This document shows positions 9,696 to 23,685 of a stretch of DNA of 64,000 bases, piece by piece. The notes under the pieces are model-generated. The model did no database searches. It worked only from the letters and a program-made list of their open reading frames with translations, and was not told where the DNA came from. The stretch's first letter is position 1. Each line of letters starts with the position of its first letter. This DNA comes from Myxococcales bacterium (lineage in GTDB: Bacteria > Desulfobacterota > Binatia > HRBIN30): positions 128,001 to 192,000 of the forward strand of contig JBBILD010000003.1 in NCBI GenBank assembly GCA_037445065.1. Direction: 5' to 3'. The position numbers and the translations under genes are program-made.

Positions 9696-12104
9696 ATGGT
9701 AACGACTCGTGACTCCCGTGTGTTTGTTTGCGTGCACGGCCACTTCTACCAGCCCCCACGCGAGAACCCGTGGCTTGGTGCAATCGAGCGCCAGCCTTCC
9801 GCTGCCCCGTATCACGACTGGAACGAGCGGATTACCGCAGAGTGTTACCAGCCAAACGCGCGCGCGCGGGTGTTGAATCGGGAAGGACGCATCGCGCAGC
9901 TTCGCAATAACTACGCGTGGATCAGCTTCAACTTCGGTCCCACCTTGCTGCAATGGCTCCAACGGAAAGCGCCGGACGTGTATAGCGCCATCCGCGAAGC
10001 GGATCGCGAAAGCCAAGCGAGGCTCGGTCACGGCAACGCGATTGCGCAAGTGTACGGACACGCCATTCTGCCTCTCGCCGGAGCGAGGGACCAGCGGACG
10101 CAGGTGCGCTGGGGGATTGCTGACTTCGAGGCACGCTTCGGGCGCAAACCCAGAGGTATGTGGCTTCCCGAGACCGCCGTTGACCTCGCTTCTCTGCGCT
10201 GCTTGGCTGAGGAGGGTATCCGTTTCACGGTCCTTGCACCTGCCCAAGCGGCACGCGTCTCGTTGGCAGGAGGGCCATTTCAGCCGGTCCATCCGCAGAG
10301 CCTCGACACCACGCGCCCGTACCTTTGCCGGGTAGGAGAAGGACGAGAAATGGTGTTGTTCTTCTACGATCCCGAACTGGCAAGCGGGATTGCGTTCGGT
10401 GACCTGCTGCGGGACGGCCGCGCCTTGGCCGCGCGCATGCTCGCACGCGGCCTCGGCAAGGGCGATCACCCCCTGGTGCACGTGGCAGCAGATGGGGAGA
10501 CGTACGGGCACCACCATCGCTTCGGCGACATGGCGCTGGCCGCGGCGCTCGACGAACTCGAGCGGGACGCGCGCGTGGTGGTCACCAACTACGCCGCCTA
10601 TCTGGAGCAGGTTCCGGTGGTGGATCGGGTCGAGATTCACGAACGCACTGCTTGGAGCTGTGCGCACGGCTTGGCCCGTTGGAGTGCAGACTGCCCCTGC
10701 CACACCGGCCACAGCAATTGGCAGCACCAATGGCGCGGGCCCCTGCGCTCTGCGTTCGAGTGGTTAAAAGATGAGCTGGACCGCCGCTTCGAACGTTATG
10801 CCAGTCGTTGGTTGCGTGATCCTTGGCTCGCTCGTGATGGCTACGTGAACGTACTCCTCCAGCCTGACGGCGAGGTACGGGAGGATTTTTTGCGGCGGCA
10901 CGCGCGGCGTGCTCTTTCCGCACGAGAACGCGCCTCGGTGTGGAAACTCCTCGAGATGCAGCACGCGGGCCTGCTGATGTTTACGAGCTGCGGGTGGTTT
11001 TTCGACGACCCATCGGGACTCGAGACCACGCAAGTGTTGAGTTACGCTGCCCGTGCCACCGAACTGGCTGCAGAGTTCGGTACCTCGCTCGAACCGGAGT
11101 TGGTGGCACGTCTCGAGTCCGGCAAGAGCAACGTCGCGGAATTCGGCTCCATTGCCGGTGTCTACCGGCGTTTGGTGCACGCCCGGCGCTTCCCGGCAGA
11201 GCGGGTGGTGGCTCATTATGCAATGCTCGGAGCACTCGAACCGCCGCCGAAAATTCAGGAGACGTACACGTATCGGATCACGGCGGTGGAGCGGGCATTC
11301 GATACTGGGGCTACGACGAGCTTTGCGGCTGGTCGCGTGCTGGCGCGCCACCTGCCCACCGAGGAGGAACGAGACTACGACTACGTTGTGCTTCATTTCG
11401 GTGGCCACGAGTTTCGCTGTGCGGTCAGCTTGGCACGGCCAGAGTTCGTGCGAACGAAACCGGCGGAGCTGCTTGCCCGTTACCGCAGCCAACCCCTCGG
11501 ACAGTTTTTGCGAGAGATGGAAGTATGGTTTCCCGGCGCCCCCTTTCACTTGGGAGACTTGTTCGACGCGGCGCGCAGAGAGATTCTCAACCGAGTCACG
11601 CACGAGATTCGCGAGCGCATCGCCCGCCTGTATGAACGGGTCATTGACGAGCAGCGCCGTTTGATCGAGTTCTTGACCTCGGAAGACTTGCCGTTGCTAC
11701 CAGAGCTGCGCCTTGCGCTTTCCTTTGTGTTGCAGCGGCGTTGGGACGAGCGGGTGGCGCAGTTTTTGTGCGGCGAGGCGGAACTCGATGAGGCATTAGC
11801 CGTGGCGGACGATGCGCGGCGGTGGGGGATCGAGTTGGATAAGGAAGGAGCCGCGCGAGCGGTGGCTGAGGCGGTAGCCGTGGTGTTCTCAGCAAGCCCA
11901 TTTTCCACCGCCATCGCCGAGCGGGCGCACGCGTTACTCGACGCGGGCGCGGGGATGGGACTGTTGGTGGACTTGCACGCCGCGCAGGACGGCTTCTATC
12001 AGCTGTGGCTGCGGGAGCAGCACGCCTGGCCGGAGGATTTGAAGCAGCAGGCCGCCCGACTCGCGGAGCGGCTCGGCTTTGCGTTGGCTAGTGGCAATGC
12101 TTGA
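9696..12104 (+). CDS. Glycoside hydrolase family 57 / DUF3536 protein
   Basis: [52 protein letters not shown]. Upstream TTGACG-N18-TACAGT. Confidence 0.92.
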   Translation: MVTTRDSRVFVCVHGHFYQPPRENPWLGAIERQPSAAPYHDWNERITAECYQPNARARVLNREGRIAQLRNNYAWISFNFGPTLLQWLQRKAPDVYSAIREADRESQARLGHGNAIAQVYGHAILPLAGARDQRTQVRWGIADFEARFGRKPRGMWLPETAVDLASLRCLAEEGIRFTVLAPAQAARVSLAGGPFQPVHPQSLDTTRPYLCRVGEGREMVLFFYDPELASGIAFGDLLRDGRALAARMLARGLGKGDHPLVHVAADGETYGHHHRFGDMALAAALDELERDARVVVTNYAAYLEQVPVVDRVEIHERTAWSCAHGLARWSADCPCHTGHSNWQHQWRGPLRSAFEWLKDELDRRFERYASRWLRDPWLARDGYVNVLLQPDGEVREDFLRRHARRALSARERASVWKLLEMQHAGLLMFTSCGWFFDDPSGLETTQVLSYAARATELAAEFGTSLEPELVARLESGKSNVAEFGSIAGVYRRLVHARRFPAERVVAHYAMLGALEPPPKIQETYTYRITAVERAFDTGATTSFAAGRVLARHLPTEEERDYDYVVLHFGGHEFRCAVSLARPEFVRTKPAELLARYRSQPLGQFLREMEVWFPGAPFHLGDLFDAARREILNRVTHEIRERIARLYERVIDEQRRLIEFLTSEDLPLLPELRLALSFVLQRRWDERVAQFLCGEAELDEALAVADDARRWGIELDKEGAARAVAEAVAVVFSASPFSTAIAERAHALLDAGAGMGLLVDLHAAQDGFYQLWLREQHAWPEDLKQQAARLAERLGFALASGNA

Positions 12105-12169
12105 CCGCGGCGGCCGCTTGCGCCATCAGTTCGGGCCCGTTCCGTTCGAATCGAGGGAGAGCAAGAACG

Positions 12170-14116
12170 ATGAGCCAAGGGGACATTCAATCCGTACTGC
12201 GAGAGGAACGCCTGTTTCATCCGCCTGCTGAGTTCAGTGCAAAAGCAAATCTAACGAAGGCGGAATACGAGGCGCGCATTCGCCAGGCGGAACAAGACCC
12301 GGAGGGATTCTGGGCAGATGTAGCGGCAGAGATCGATTGGTTTTCGCCTTGGAAGAAGGTCCTCGAGTGGAAGCCGCCGTTCGCCAAGTGGTTTGTCGGA
12401 GCGACGACGAACGTGTCGCACAACTGTCTGGACCGGCACTTACGGTCCTGGCGGCGCAACAAAGCGGCGTTGATCTGGGAAGGGGAACCGGGCGACACCA
12501 GGGTGCTGACATATCATGATTTGCACCGGGAAGTGTGCCGTTTTGCCAACGTACTCAAGCGCTTGGGTGTGCAAAGTGGGGATCGCGTTGGCATTTACAT
12601 GCCGCTTGTGCCCGAGGCAGTGGTCGCGATGCTGGCCTGCGCGCGCATTGGCGCGACACAGAGCGTTGTATTTGGCGGCTTCAGTGCCGACGCGCTGCGC
12701 AGCCGACTCAACGACGCACACGCCAAGGTGCTGGTGACCGCTGACGGTGGCTATCGGAGGGGTGGAGTGGTTCCGCTCAAAGCAAACGCCGACGAAGCAC
12801 TGCGGGATGCCCCTTCGGTGGAGAGCGTGGTAGTCGTGCGGCGCACGGGTGATACCGTGGCCATGAAGGGCGGGCGCGATCGTTGGTGGCACGAGCTCAT
12901 GGAGCAGGTCAGCGGTGAGTGCCCGGCCGAGCCCTTGGATGCCGAGCACCCCCTGTTCATCCTGTACACCAGCGGTACGACCGGAAAGCCAAAAGGGGTG
13001 GTGCACACCACCGGCGGTTACTTGGTACACACCCACATTACCGCAAAGTGGATTTTCGATTTGAAAGAAGAGGACACCTACTGGTGCACGGCGGATATCG
13101 GTTGGGTCACCGGACACAGCTACGTCGTGTACGGAATCTTGTCGAACGGGGCGACCACGGTCCTGTACGAGGGGGCACCGAATTACCCGGAGCCGGACCG
13201 TTTTTGGCAGATCGTGGACCGTTACGGCGTAACCATTTTATACACCGCTCCGACAGCCATTCGCAGCTTCATGAAGTGGGGCCGGGACTGGCCGCGCAAG
13301 CACCGATTGACCTCGCTTCGCTTGTTGGGCAGCGTGGGAGAGCCCATCAACCCCGAAGCTTGGATTTGGTATCATGAAGAAATCGGAAAGAGCCGCTGTC
13401 CGATCGTGGACACTTGGTGGCAAACGGAGACGGGTGGCATCTTGATTGCGCCGATTCCTGGCGTGACCCCGACCAAGCCCGGTTCGGCGTCGCGGCCTCT
13501 TCCTGGAATTGCAGCAGAGGTGGTGACCCGGGACGGCAAGCCCGTCGGTGTAAATCAGGGCGGTTATCTAGTGATCCGGCGCCCCTGGCCCGGGATGCTT
13601 CGCACCGTCTACGGCGATCCGGACCGATACGTACAGCAGTATTGGAGCCAGATACCGGGTGCGTATTTCACTGGGGACGGGGCTCGCTGCGATCAAGATG
13701 GCTACTTCTGGATCATGGGCCGGGTGGACGATGTGGTGAACGTGGCCGGGCACCGCTTGGGAACGATGGAGGTGGAGAGTGCTCTGGTGAGCCATCCGGC
13801 AGTGGCCGAGGCCGCAGTGGTGGGAAGACCTGATCCCATCAAGGGTGAGGCAATCGTGGCTTTCGTGACCCTAGAAAGCGGGCATAAGCCGACGGAGGAA
13901 CTGCGCATCGAGTTGAGGGATCATGTTGCAAAGGAAATTGGAGCGTTTGCTCGACCGGAGGAAATCCGTTTCGCTGAGGCTCTGCCAAAAACTCGATCCG
14001 GTAAGATCATGCGCCGCTTGCTCCGTGACATTGCGGCCGGGCAGGAGACCGTTGGTGATACGAGCACGCTGGAGGACTTCAGCGTGCTCGCGCGCTTACG
14101 AGAAGAGGAAGAGTGA
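12170..14116 (+). CDS. acs: Acetyl-CoA synthetase (acetate--CoA ligase)
   Basis: [39 protein letters not shown]. Confidence 0.97.
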   Translation: MSQGDIQSVLREERLFHPPAEFSAKANLTKAEYEARIRQAEQDPEGFWADVAAEIDWFSPWKKVLEWKPPFAKWFVGATTNVSHNCLDRHLRSWRRNKAALIWEGEPGDTRVLTYHDLHREVCRFANVLKRLGVQSGDRVGIYMPLVPEAVVAMLACARIGATQSVVFGGFSADALRSRLNDAHAKVLVTADGGYRRGGVVPLKANADEALRDAPSVESVVVVRRTGDTVAMKGGRDRWWHELMEQVSGECPAEPLDAEHPLFILYTSGTTGKPKGVVHTTGGYLVHTHITAKWIFDLKEEDTYWCTADIGWVTGHSYVVYGILSNGATTVLYEGAPNYPEPDRFWQIVDRYGVTILYTAPTAIRSFMKWGRDWPRKHRLTSLRLLGSVGEPINPEAWIWYHEEIGKSRCPIVDTWWQTETGGILIAPIPGVTPTKPGSASRPLPGIAAEVVTRDGKPVGVNQGGYLVIRRPWPGMLRTVYGDPDRYVQQYWSQIPGAYFTGDGARCDQDGYFWIMGRVDDVVNVAGHRLGTMEVESALVSHPAVAEAAVVGRPDPIKGEAIVAFVTLESGHKPTEELRIELRDHVAKEIGAFARPEEIRFAEALPKTRSGKIMRRLLRDIAAGQETVGDTSTLEDFSVLARLREEEE

Positions 14117-14164
14117 CCCGGTGTTGCGAGGGTGACCGCTAGTCAGGGAACGAGAACGACAGCC

Positions 14165-15583
14165 GTGAGCCTGCGCGTACACAACACCCTTTCTGGACGA
14201 CTCGAGGACTTTGTTCCCCTGCATCCTCCGCGCGTGGGAATGTACGTTTGCGGGGTCACAGTGTACGACCGCTCGCATATCGGACACGCACGCGCGCTGG
14301 TCACCTTCGATGTGGTGTTCCGGTACTTGCGCTCGCTCGGCTACCAGGTGACGTTTGTCCGCAATTTCACGGACGTTGATGATAAGATCATCTCCCGTGC
14401 CCGTGAGCTGGGAATTCCGCCAAGTGCGCTGGTTGCGGAGAATCTGGAGACATTTGCTCAGGACGTTCGCGCTCTCGGCTGTTTGCCTCCTACCATCGAA
14501 CCGCGGGCCACAGAGCACATCGGCGACATGATCGCGCTGATTCAGAAACTGTTGCAGCGCGACCTGGCGTACGTGGTGGACGGAGACGTGTACTTTTGCG
14601 TCGAACGATTTCCAGGGTACGGGAAGCTTTCGAAACGGCAGCTCAAGGACATGGTGGCGGGGGCGCGCGTGGAGGTGGACGAACGCAAGCGCCATCCGAT
14701 GGATTTCGCGTTGTGGAAAGCGAGCAAACCTGGCGAGCCGTGGTGGGAGAGCCCATGGGGGCCGGGGCGTCCCGGGTGGCATATCGAGTGTTCGGCAATG
14801 AGTACGAAATACCTCGGCCAGCCGTTCGATATCCATGGAGGTGGTGCGGATTTGATTTTTCCCCACCACGAAAACGAAATCGCACAGTCGGAGGGAGCCC
14901 ATGGGTGCGAGTTCGCGCGCTATTGGTTGCACAATGGGTTGGTGACAATTGGGGCCGAGAAAATGTCCAAGTCGCTCGGCAACTTCATGACAGTCGGGGA
15001 GGCAGTCGAACGGGCGGGAGGAGAGGCAACCCGCCTGTTTGTTTTGGGGACGCATTACCGCAGCCCGCTTGATTTCACCCCGGAAAGACTGGATGAGTGC
15101 AGTCGCGCGCTTGCGCGCTTATACGAGACGCTCGCTCGCATAGACGAGGCTTTGGAAGCCAGTGTGGCGGACGCGGATCCGCGTGTCTTGGCGGAGTACC
15201 GCGACGCCATGGACGACGATTTCAACACCGCGCGTGCGGTGGGACTGCTGTTCGAGTCGGTCCGCGAGATGAATCGGCTGCTCGATGCAGGGAAGGGTCA
15301 CAAAGCTGGGCCACAGCGCGCAGCCGTGCGCGCGATGGCAGAGGTGCTTGGAGTGGGGGGTAGTGATCCGGTCCGCGTGCTGCAGGAGGAGCGCCAGCGG
15401 TTTTTGTCCAAACACGGACTGAGTGAGGAGCTGATTTTGGCACGCATCCGCGAGCGGGCGGAGGCGCGCAAAGTGAAGGACTTCACACGTGCGGATCAGA
15501 TTCGCGCGGAGCTGCGGGCACTCGGAATCGCCCTCGAAGACACTCCGCAAGGAACCGTTTGGAAGGTAGAACGGGGGGCCTGA
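14165..15583 (+). CDS. cysS: Cysteine--tRNA ligase
   Basis: YVCGVTVYDRSHIGH, GRPGWHIECS, HHENEIAQ, KMSKS. Start is GTG 14165 or upstream GTG 14132. Confidence 0.97.
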   Translation: MSLRVHNTLSGRLEDFVPLHPPRVGMYVCGVTVYDRSHIGHARALVTFDVVFRYLRSLGYQVTFVRNFTDVDDKIISRARELGIPPSALVAENLETFAQDVRALGCLPPTIEPRATEHIGDMIALIQKLLQRDLAYVVDGDVYFCVERFPGYGKLSKRQLKDMVAGARVEVDERKRHPMDFALWKASKPGEPWWESPWGPGRPGWHIECSAMSTKYLGQPFDIHGGGADLIFPHHENEIAQSEGAHGCEFARYWLHNGLVTIGAEKMSKSLGNFMTVGEAVERAGGEATRLFVLGTHYRSPLDFTPERLDECSRALARLYETLARIDEALEASVADADPRVLAEYRDAMDDDFNTARAVGLLFESVREMNRLLDAGKGHKAGPQRAAVRAMAEVLGVGGSDPVRVLQEERQRFLSKHGLSEELILARIRERAEARKVKDFTRADQIRAELRALGIALEDTPQGTVWKVERGA

Positions 15584-15831
15584 CCCAAGGGCGCGGCGTG
15601 GCTCGTGGCGCGGACTAAGGGATCCTGTTGAAGTCGGTGCTTGTTTTGGAGCGCGGGCCGCTGTCGAGCGGTCGAGAACACAGCCAAAGCCAGCTCCGCC
15701 GGGGAGAGGCAAAAGAGGGGATTCGTCCGGATCCGCGCCAGACTTGCTGTACGTTTCGGACTGGGTAGTCGTTCCCAGCCGGGCAAGTGCGTGAACTGCC
15801 GCGCAGCTTCGCGCGAGACCCGCCGGCGTAG

Positions 15832-17187
<1,356 letters not shown>

Positions 17188-17264
17188 CGCCGCTTGCTGC
17201 CGCGCGCTTAGGGTGCATCCAGCGATGCCATCGATCGCGGCAGCGTCAGAACGAACACCCGTAG

Positions 17265-18014
17265 TCAGCCCTTTTGCGTGAGTTGGCTCGCTACCGCGGC
17301 TGTCGCCTGGGCCACGCGCTCCGGGTCACCCAGGTAATAGTGCCGCGCCGGTTTCAAGTTGCCGTCGAGTTCGTACACGAGAGGGATCCCGGTCGGTATG
17401 TTCAAGCCGACAATGTCCGTGTCGGAGATGCCGTCCAAGTATTTGACCAGTGCACGCAAGCTGTTTCCGTGTGCCGCAATGATCGTGCGCTCGCCTGCTG
17501 CCACGCGCGGGGCAATTTCCCCCTGCCAGTATGGAAGGAAACGCGCGACGGTGTCCTTGAGGGACTCGGTGCACGGTAGCTGATCGGGGGGCAAGGAACG
17601 GTAACGGGGGTCGTGGCGGGGATGCCGTGGGTCGTCGGGGTCGAGCGGGGGAGGAGGGACGTCGTAGCTGCGCCGCCATAGTTGGGTTTGTTCAAGCCCG
17701 TGCCGGGCAGCCGTTTCGGCTTTGTTGAGTCCCTGGAGCGCCCCGTAGTGGCGTTCGTTGAGCCGCCAGGAGTTGTGAATGGGGATCCACATTTGGTCCA
17801 GTTCTTCCAGGACGATCCACAACGTTTTGATGGCGCGCTTCAGAACGGAGGTGAACGCCACATCAAATTCGAAGCCCTGTTCGCGCAAGATCTGGCCGGC
17901 TTGGCGTGCTTCTTCGATGCCCCGTTCGCTGAGACCCACGTCGGTCCAACCCGTAAATCGGTTCTCCCGGTTCCAAACGCTCTCGCCGTGACGCAGGAGT
18001 ACCAATCTTCTCAT
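17265..18014 (-). CDS. gpmA: 2,3-bisphosphoglycerate-dependent phosphoglycerate mutase
   Basis: [35 protein letters not shown]. Confidence 0.97.
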   Translation of the reverse strand: MRRLVLLRHGESVWNRENRFTGWTDVGLSERGIEEARQAGQILREQGFEFDVAFTSVLKRAIKTLWIVLEELDQMWIPIHNSWRLNERHYGALQGLNKAETAARHGLEQTQLWRRSYDVPPPPLDPDDPRHPRHDPRYRSLPPDQLPCTESLKDTVARFLPYWQGEIAPRVAAGERTIIAAHGNSLRALVKYLDGISDTDIVGLNIPTGIPLVYELDGNLKPARHYYLGDPERVAQATAAVASQLTQKG

Positions 18015-18131
18015 CGCTACCAAGCCTCGGCTGCGTGCTAGCAAGAGCCGGACGGTATGGGAAGTTGGCAAGGCACGGACGACAGCGTAATGGAGATCCG
18101 TGGTAAAGACGAAGGAGCCTGGGAGGATGTT

Positions 18132-19805
18132 ATGGCGAATCGCGTGTTGTCCCGAGCGAAGCCCGGGGAGCCGGTGCCTGCGGGTGAGCTTGTGGACGTA
18201 AGCAAGTTGATCACCGCCTACTTCAAGCAGTGCCCGGATGCTGGAGAGCCGGCACAGCGCGTGCGCTTTGGTACCTCAGGGCATCGCGGCTCTTCGCTGT
18301 CTCTCTCCTTTAACGAGCGGCATATCCTGGCGATGACACAGGCGATTTGTGAATACCGGGCGGCAGCAGGAGTGAACGGCCCCTTGTTCTTGGGGCGCGA
18401 CACGCACGCCCTCTCAGAGCCCGCTTGGGTGACGGCGGTGGAAGTGTTGGTAGGCAATGGGGTTGACGTTTGCATTGATTCAGGAGACGCCTTTACTCCG
18501 ACCCCAGTGATTTCGCGGGCGATCCTAAAGCACAACCGGGGCAGAACCAGCGGGCTGGCAGACGGGATCGTGGTCACCCCCTCGCACAACCCCCCGGAGG
18601 ACGGTGGCTTCAAGTATAATGGACCGCACGGCGGTGCAGCAGACACGGGAGCTACGGCCTGGATCGAGAGACGAGCGAACCAAATCCTCACTGCCGACTG
18701 CAGGGATGTTCGGCGGGTTCCCCTTCAGCGTGCGCGAACCTCGGGCCGCTTGCGGCGCTTCGATTACCTCAGCGATTACGTGCCCGACCTAGCTTTTGCC
18801 GTCCAGTGCGATGTCATCCGCGCCGCCAAGCTTCGGCTCGCGGTGGACCCGCTCGGCGGAGCATCGCTTCACTACTGGGGCAGAATCGCGGAGGACTACG
18901 CATTGAACCTGGAAATCGTCAACCAAACAGTGGACCCCACCTTCCGCTTTATGCCTGCGGATTGGGACGGGCGAATTCGCATGGACTGTTCCTCGCCCTT
19001 TGCGATGCGCGGGTTGGTGAACCTACGGGAGCGTTTCGATCTCGCCTTTGGCAACGACACGGATGCGGATCGCCATGGGATCGTTACCCGAGCGGCTGGA
19101 CTGATGAATCCAAATCACTATCTCAGCGTGGCCCTTTCCTACTTGTTGCAAAATCGGCCTGCGTGGCCTCGGCCAGGACGCATTGGGAAGACGGTTGTCA
19201 CCACCCAGCTCCTTGACCGCATCGCCTCGGGCTTCGGTTGCGGCGTCTTCGATACACCTGTTGGATTCAAGTGGTTTGTCAGCGGACTCCATGCGGGGGA
19301 ACTGCTGTTTGCCGGAGAGGAAAGCGCCGGGGCTTCGTTTCTGTGTTTCGATGGTGAAGTGTGGACGACCGAAAAAGACGGTATCCTGCTGGCGTTGCTT
19401 GCGGCAGAAATTACCGCCCGGGAGGGCCGCGACCCGGCCGAGTTGTATCGCGACCTGACCCGTCGCTGGGGAACCCCCGCTTATGAGCGGATTGACGCTC
19501 CCGCCACGCCAGCGCAAAAAGCAGCCCTCGCGCGACTCGATGCGAGCAATGTACGGTTGGAAACCCTTGGGGGCGAGCGTGTGGAGCAGGTGCTGAGCCG
19601 TGCCCCGGGAAACGGAGAACCGATTGGTGGAGTAAAAGTGGTCACTCGCAATGGCTGGTTTGCGGCGCGACCCTCGGGCACCGAGGATGTCTACAAGCTT
19701 TACGCGGAAAGCTTTCTAGGGCAAGAACACCTGCGCGCGATTCAAAACGAGGCACGGAGATTTCTCGTGCAGGTTTTGGCAGACAGCGCACCCGAATCTT
19801 CGTAA
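18132..19805 (+). CDS. pgm: Phosphoglucomutase
   Basis: [36 protein letters not shown]. Confidence 0.96.
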   Translation: MANRVLSRAKPGEPVPAGELVDVSKLITAYFKQCPDAGEPAQRVRFGTSGHRGSSLSLSFNERHILAMTQAICEYRAAAGVNGPLFLGRDTHALSEPAWVTAVEVLVGNGVDVCIDSGDAFTPTPVISRAILKHNRGRTSGLADGIVVTPSHNPPEDGGFKYNGPHGGAADTGATAWIERRANQILTADCRDVRRVPLQRARTSGRLRRFDYLSDYVPDLAFAVQCDVIRAAKLRLAVDPLGGASLHYWGRIAEDYALNLEIVNQTVDPTFRFMPADWDGRIRMDCSSPFAMRGLVNLRERFDLAFGNDTDADRHGIVTRAAGLMNPNHYLSVALSYLLQNRPAWPRPGRIGKTVVTTQLLDRIASGFGCGVFDTPVGFKWFVSGLHAGELLFAGEESAGASFLCFDGEVWTTEKDGILLALLAAEITAREGRDPAELYRDLTRRWGTPAYERIDAPATPAQKAALARLDASNVRLETLGGERVEQVLSRAPGNGEPIGGVKVVTRNGWFAARPSGTEDVYKLYAESFLGQEHLRAIQNEARRFLVQVLADSAPESS

Positions 19806-19807
19806 GA

Positions 19808-20785
19808 ATGATCCTCGCGGTAGACGTCGGCGGAACTAACACGCGCGCGGCCTGGTTCGAAAATGGAGACCTGCGCCGGTCGCTTCGTACGCGCACGGAG
19901 GCAACGTACAAAGTGGCCTCGTTGGAAAGTTGGCTACGGGCTCTCCTGGGGGAGGAACCTCGTGTGGAGGCGGTTTGTGTCGGTGTGGCGGGGCCGGTCT
20001 TCGGCGGGCGGAGCTTTACGGTGAACCTGCCGTGGTCGGTGGATGCGCAGGAGTTGAGCCGCGGGCTTGGCTCGATACCGGTTTGGGTTGTTAACGACCT
20101 TGAGGCAGCGGCCTACGGGGTTGAAGAACTCCGTCCAGAGCAATGGGCGGAGCTTTGCCCTTGTCGAACGCAACTCCCAAGCGGGCCGGGCAATCGCGCG
20201 GTGATTGCCGCGGGCACGGGTCTCGGTGAAGCGGGATTGTGTTGGAATGGGACCGAGTTTCAACCGTTTGCGACAGAAGGCGGCCACGCTTCGTTCGCCC
20301 CGACTGACGACTTGGATGTCGAACTCTTGCGGTGGCTGTGGAAACGTTTTGATCACGTCAGTTGGGAACGGGTGCTTTCGGGGCCAGGCATTAAGAACAT
20401 TTACGACTTTTTGCTGGAGCGTAGCGCTCAGGAACCGCGGACGGTTTTCAACACCGCTGAGGAGATTGCCAGCGCGGCCGCGGCTGGGAAGTGTGCACTC
20501 AGCGTCGCTACGATGCAGCACTTTGCGCGTTTTTACGGAGCCGAGGCTGCGAACCTAGCCCTTAAGACGATGGCAACCGGCGGGGTCTACGTGGTGGGAA
20601 CGATGGCGGTCAAGAACCGAATGTTTCTCGACAGCGACCACTTTCGTGAAGCCTTTTGGGGAAAGGGACGGATGCGGCCGTTGCTGGAAGCAATTCCGGT
20701 GCGCCTGGTCTTGCTGGAAGACCTGGGCTTGCTCGGTGCCGCGGTGTGCGCTCGGCGCCGACTTCGCCAACTTCGTTCCGCTTAG
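19808..20785 (+). CDS. glk: Glucokinase
   Basis: AVDVGGTNTR, GVAGPV, NDLEA, GTGLGEA, TEGGH, KGRMR. Confidence 0.93.
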   Translation: MILAVDVGGTNTRAAWFENGDLRRSLRTRTEATYKVASLESWLRALLGEEPRVEAVCVGVAGPVFGGRSFTVNLPWSVDAQELSRGLGSIPVWVVNDLEAAAYGVEELRPEQWAELCPCRTQLPSGPGNRAVIAAGTGLGEAGLCWNGTEFQPFATEGGHASFAPTDDLDVELLRWLWKRFDHVSWERVLSGPGIKNIYDFLLERSAQEPRTVFNTAEEIASAAAAGKCALSVATMQHFARFYGAEAANLALKTMATGGVYVVGTMAVKNRMFLDSDHFREAFWGKGRMRPLLEAIPVRLVLLEDLGLLGAAVCARRRLRQLRSA

Positions 20786-22446
20786 GCAAGCACTCCAGCG
20801 CCTCGCAGGGCTTTGTAGGTAGCGAAGCCGCCCGAGAGGTTGGCGGCTTGGTACCCGAGCTGGGCCAAGAAACGGGTCGCGTAGTAGGCTCGTTGTCCGA
20901 CCCCACAGTACACCCACACGGGCCGCTGCCGCGGAATTTCATGGGCGCGGCGGCGCAATTCAGAAAGGGGGATGAGTACTGCACCAGGGATGTAGCCTGC
21001 TGCGTATTCGTCCGGCTCGCGTACATCGAGCAAGGTTCCAGAAAACCGCGGAAGTTCTTGCCAGTCGGCTATCGGCATATCCCCCGCCAGCACGTTTTGC
21101 GCAATCATTCCGGCCAAGTTCACCGGGTCTTTTGCCGCTCCGAACTGGGGTGCGTAGCACAGCTCTGCTTCGACTAGATCGGCAACCGTTCCGCGGAATT
21201 GGATGGCAGTGGCAATGACGTCAATGCGTTTCTCTACGCCTTCCCAGCCGACAGCCTGTGCGCCCAAGATGCGCCCATCTGGTACCGAGAAGAGTAGCTT
21301 GATGTGAATGGGCCGGGCGCCCGGATAGTAGCCAGCATGGTGGCCCGGGTGGAGGTAAATCGAACGAAAACGAGTCAGGCCAGCGCGGCGAAGCCCTTTC
21401 TCATGCGCTCCAGTGCAGGCCACTGTGAGGCCGAGGACGCCGACCACGGCCGTCGCCTGCACACCACGAAAGCGGGACTCGCGGCCCGCGATGGATTCGG
21501 CTGCAATGCGGCCCTGGCGGTTCGCTGGCCCGGCTAAGGGGAGAATCACTTCTTGGCCAGTGACCACATCGCTCACCTCCACAGCATCACCCACAGCCCA
21601 GATGTGCGGGTCGCTGGTCTGCATGTGTTCGTCCACTACGATTCCGCCGCGCGGGCCGAGCTTTAGCCCAGCCGTTTCTGCCAGGGCGGTCTCGGGTTTC
21701 ACCCCGATGGCCAGAATCACCAGGTCGCTTTCGATCCCCGTACCTCGTTCGGTGCGCACGAGCAGCGAGGAGTTCGCTTGTTCGATAGCTTGCAGCCCGT
21801 CTCCCAAATGGAGTCGAATACCTTGCGCGCGCAAGTGTTCTTGTACCGGCCAAGCCATTTCCGGGTCGAGGGGCGGCATGAGCTGGGGGAGCTTTTCCAC
21901 AATCGTGACTTCCAGCCCGCGGCGCTGTAAGTTTTCCGCCATCTCCAAGCCAATGAATCCGCCGCCAATGACGGTAGCCGACCCTGGCTGTCGTTCTTCG
22001 AGCCAAGCCCGAATTCTCCGAGAATCGGGGATGTTCCTGATGACGAATACGCCTGGCAACCGAACACCTGGGAGGGGTGGGACGACCGGAGCCGCCCCGG
22101 GAGCGAGAACAAGCACATCGTACGACTCCCAGCGTTCTTCTCCCGTCGGCAAGTAGCAGACAAGGATCCGACGCCTCTGCGCATCGACTGAGCGCACCTC
22201 GCTCTCAGTCTGCACATCAATGTTGAAGCGCGATTGAAACAGTTCGCGCGAAGCGACTAGGAGTTTTGTCTCGTCTGCAATGACGTTGCCGACGTAATAC
22301 GGCAAACCGCAGTTGGCGAAGGAGACATACGGGCCGCGATCGAAAATCACGATCTCGCACGACTCGTCCAGTCTGCGCAGTCGCGCGGCACACGAAGCTC
22401 CGCCGGCCACCCCGCCAACGATCAGGACGCGCCGGCTTGCTGCCAC
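20782..22446 (-). CDS. CoA-disulfide/persulfide reductase with C-terminal rhodanese domain
   Basis: GGVAGGAS, SFANCGLPY, GGGFIGLE, ELCYAPQF and rhodanese DVRE...YCGVGQR. Confidence 0.93.
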   Translation of the reverse strand: MAASRRVLIVGGVAGGASCAARLRRLDESCEIVIFDRGPYVSFANCGLPYYVGNVIADETKLLVASRELFQSRFNIDVQTESEVRSVDAQRRRILVCYLPTGEERWESYDVLVLAPGAAPVVPPLPGVRLPGVFVIRNIPDSRRIRAWLEERQPGSATVIGGGFIGLEMAENLQRRGLEVTIVEKLPQLMPPLDPEMAWPVQEHLRAQGIRLHLGDGLQAIEQANSSLLVRTERGTGIESDLVILAIGVKPETALAETAGLKLGPRGGIVVDEHMQTSDPHIWAVGDAVEVSDVVTGQEVILPLAGPANRQGRIAAESIAGRESRFRGVQATAVVGVLGLTVACTGAHEKGLRRAGLTRFRSIYLHPGHHAGYYPGARPIHIKLLFSVPDGRILGAQAVGWEGVEKRIDVIATAIQFRGTVADLVEAELCYAPQFGAAKDPVNLAGMIAQNVLAGDMPIADWQELPRFSGTLLDVREPDEYAAGYIPGAVLIPLSELRRRAHEIPRQRPVWVYCGVGQRAYYATRFLAQLGYQAANLSGGFATYKALRGAGVLA

Positions 22447-22447
22447 G

Positions 22448-22936
22448 TTACCTCCAGCCGATCGGCTCGTAGCCTCGTTCCCGTAAACACCGCTCCACGA
22501 AGCCGACGAACACCGGGTCCACCCTCCCGCCAGCGCCGGCGCGGAAAATACCGCTCAGGAATCCTCCCGTGGCCCCAGTGGCCGCACCAACCTTTGCACC
22601 GTGCCCGGCATCTCCACTCACCGCCCCAGCCACTGCTCCCACAGCGGCTCCGGCCGCGGCCCCGGCTGCGGTTTGGCGAGCCACATCCTCGGCAGGCCGG
22701 TGCCCGGCGCGTTGCGCTCCTCCTAAAAAGGCACGGGCGCGGCTCATGCAAAGCTCTACGTCCTGTTCCGCCTGCGCTGGTCCGACTCGTTCATACGTCG
22801 GGTTCGGGTACAGAACAGGCCGCGGACCAGCGCAGCCGCTGACGATCCATGCGGAACTAGCGAACAATGCCCATACCAAGGCCTGCCAGCGAAAACGAGT
22901 TGCGTTAAATGGGCACGCCCCGATGACAGAACGCAT
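22448..22936 (-). CDS. Glycine-zipper lipoprotein
   Basis: Lipobox VSGC, RPVLYPN, GAAAGAAVGAVAGA, VERCLRERGYEPIGWR. Confidence 0.8.
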   Translation of the reverse strand: MRSVIGACPFNATRFRWQALVWALFASSAWIVSGCAGPRPVLYPNPTYERVGPAQAEQDVELCMSRARAFLGGAQRAGHRPAEDVARQTAAGAAAGAAVGAVAGAVSGDAGHGAKVGAATGATGGFLSGIFRAGAGGRVDPVFVGFVERCLRERGYEPIGWR

Positions 22937-22967
22937 AGCGAATGGGTTGGTGCTCAAAAATGCACCC

Positions 22968-23372
22968 TCATCCTCGCGGTTTGGGAGGCACCGTGGAGTG
23001 TATAGGCGACCCGCTTTTGCCGCCGGTCTCGGCCAAGCCACGCAGAATCGACTCGACCTCCTCGCGTAAGTTCCCACGCCGCGATCCGAAGAAAGATCGA
23101 CTCTGAAGAGCCACTTCGCGGCCAACGATGTCCGCCATAACCAACTCGGCCAACACCTGGCAAATCAGTGACCTCATTGCGCGCGCTCGGGCGCGAAAGC
23201 GAGCTTGGCGTTCGCTTTTCTCTAGCTTGGCGTGCTGGACACTGACCACCCCATTGGGAAGCTGGGCCCGCAATACGCGGCGAAGTCGAAGTTCCCAAGC
23301 CGGAGGTAACTCCACGATGAATTCCCCCGGTTTGCGTCCGGGGCGGACAGAAACGTGGGAAGCACGGCTCAT
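22968..23372 (-). CDS. Hypothetical protein
   Basis: ORF fills the gap upstream of the lipoprotein on the same strand, with plausible composition. No motif recognised. Confidence 0.4.
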   Translation of the reverse strand: MSRASHVSVRPGRKPGEFIVELPPAWELRLRRVLRAQLPNGVVSVQHAKLEKSERQARFRARARAMRSLICQVLAELVMADIVGREVALQSRSFFGSRRGNLREEVESILRGLAETGGKSGSPIHSTVPPKPRG

Positions 23373-23685
23373 AAGGCGGTTCAGCAGTAGCAAGCCTCCG
23401 GCGCGTTGTCCAACAGAAATCTACAACGAGACTGTGAACGCATGACTTGGGAAGCTCACGCGGCAAAGCAGATGCGCAAACTCGCCGTTTCGAGAGGAAG
23501 AAACACGTCATCGGCTGGTGCAGGTGGCGGAGCGCTGGTGACAAACTTTGTCGCCAGCGTTGGAGATGCGACTTTCGAAGCAGCACAATTCGGCAGAAAA
23601 AGCCCCAGCTTCGGACTTTGGCACGAACACGAAAATTCTTGCACGAGAAAAAAAGACTCGGTACGAGGTTTGCTGTCGGCCGGCG

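Noticed and set aside
23455..23500. c-di-GMP-I riboswitch-like words (GGCAAA...CGCAAA) upstream of the pilin
   Set aside because: No GNRA-capped P2 stem or P3 receptor can be formed.
23618..23644. Sigma54 promoter for the pilin (TTGGCACG...TTGC)
   Set aside because: The spacing between GG and GC is far longer than the required -24/-12 geometry. A sigma70-type arrangement fits better.
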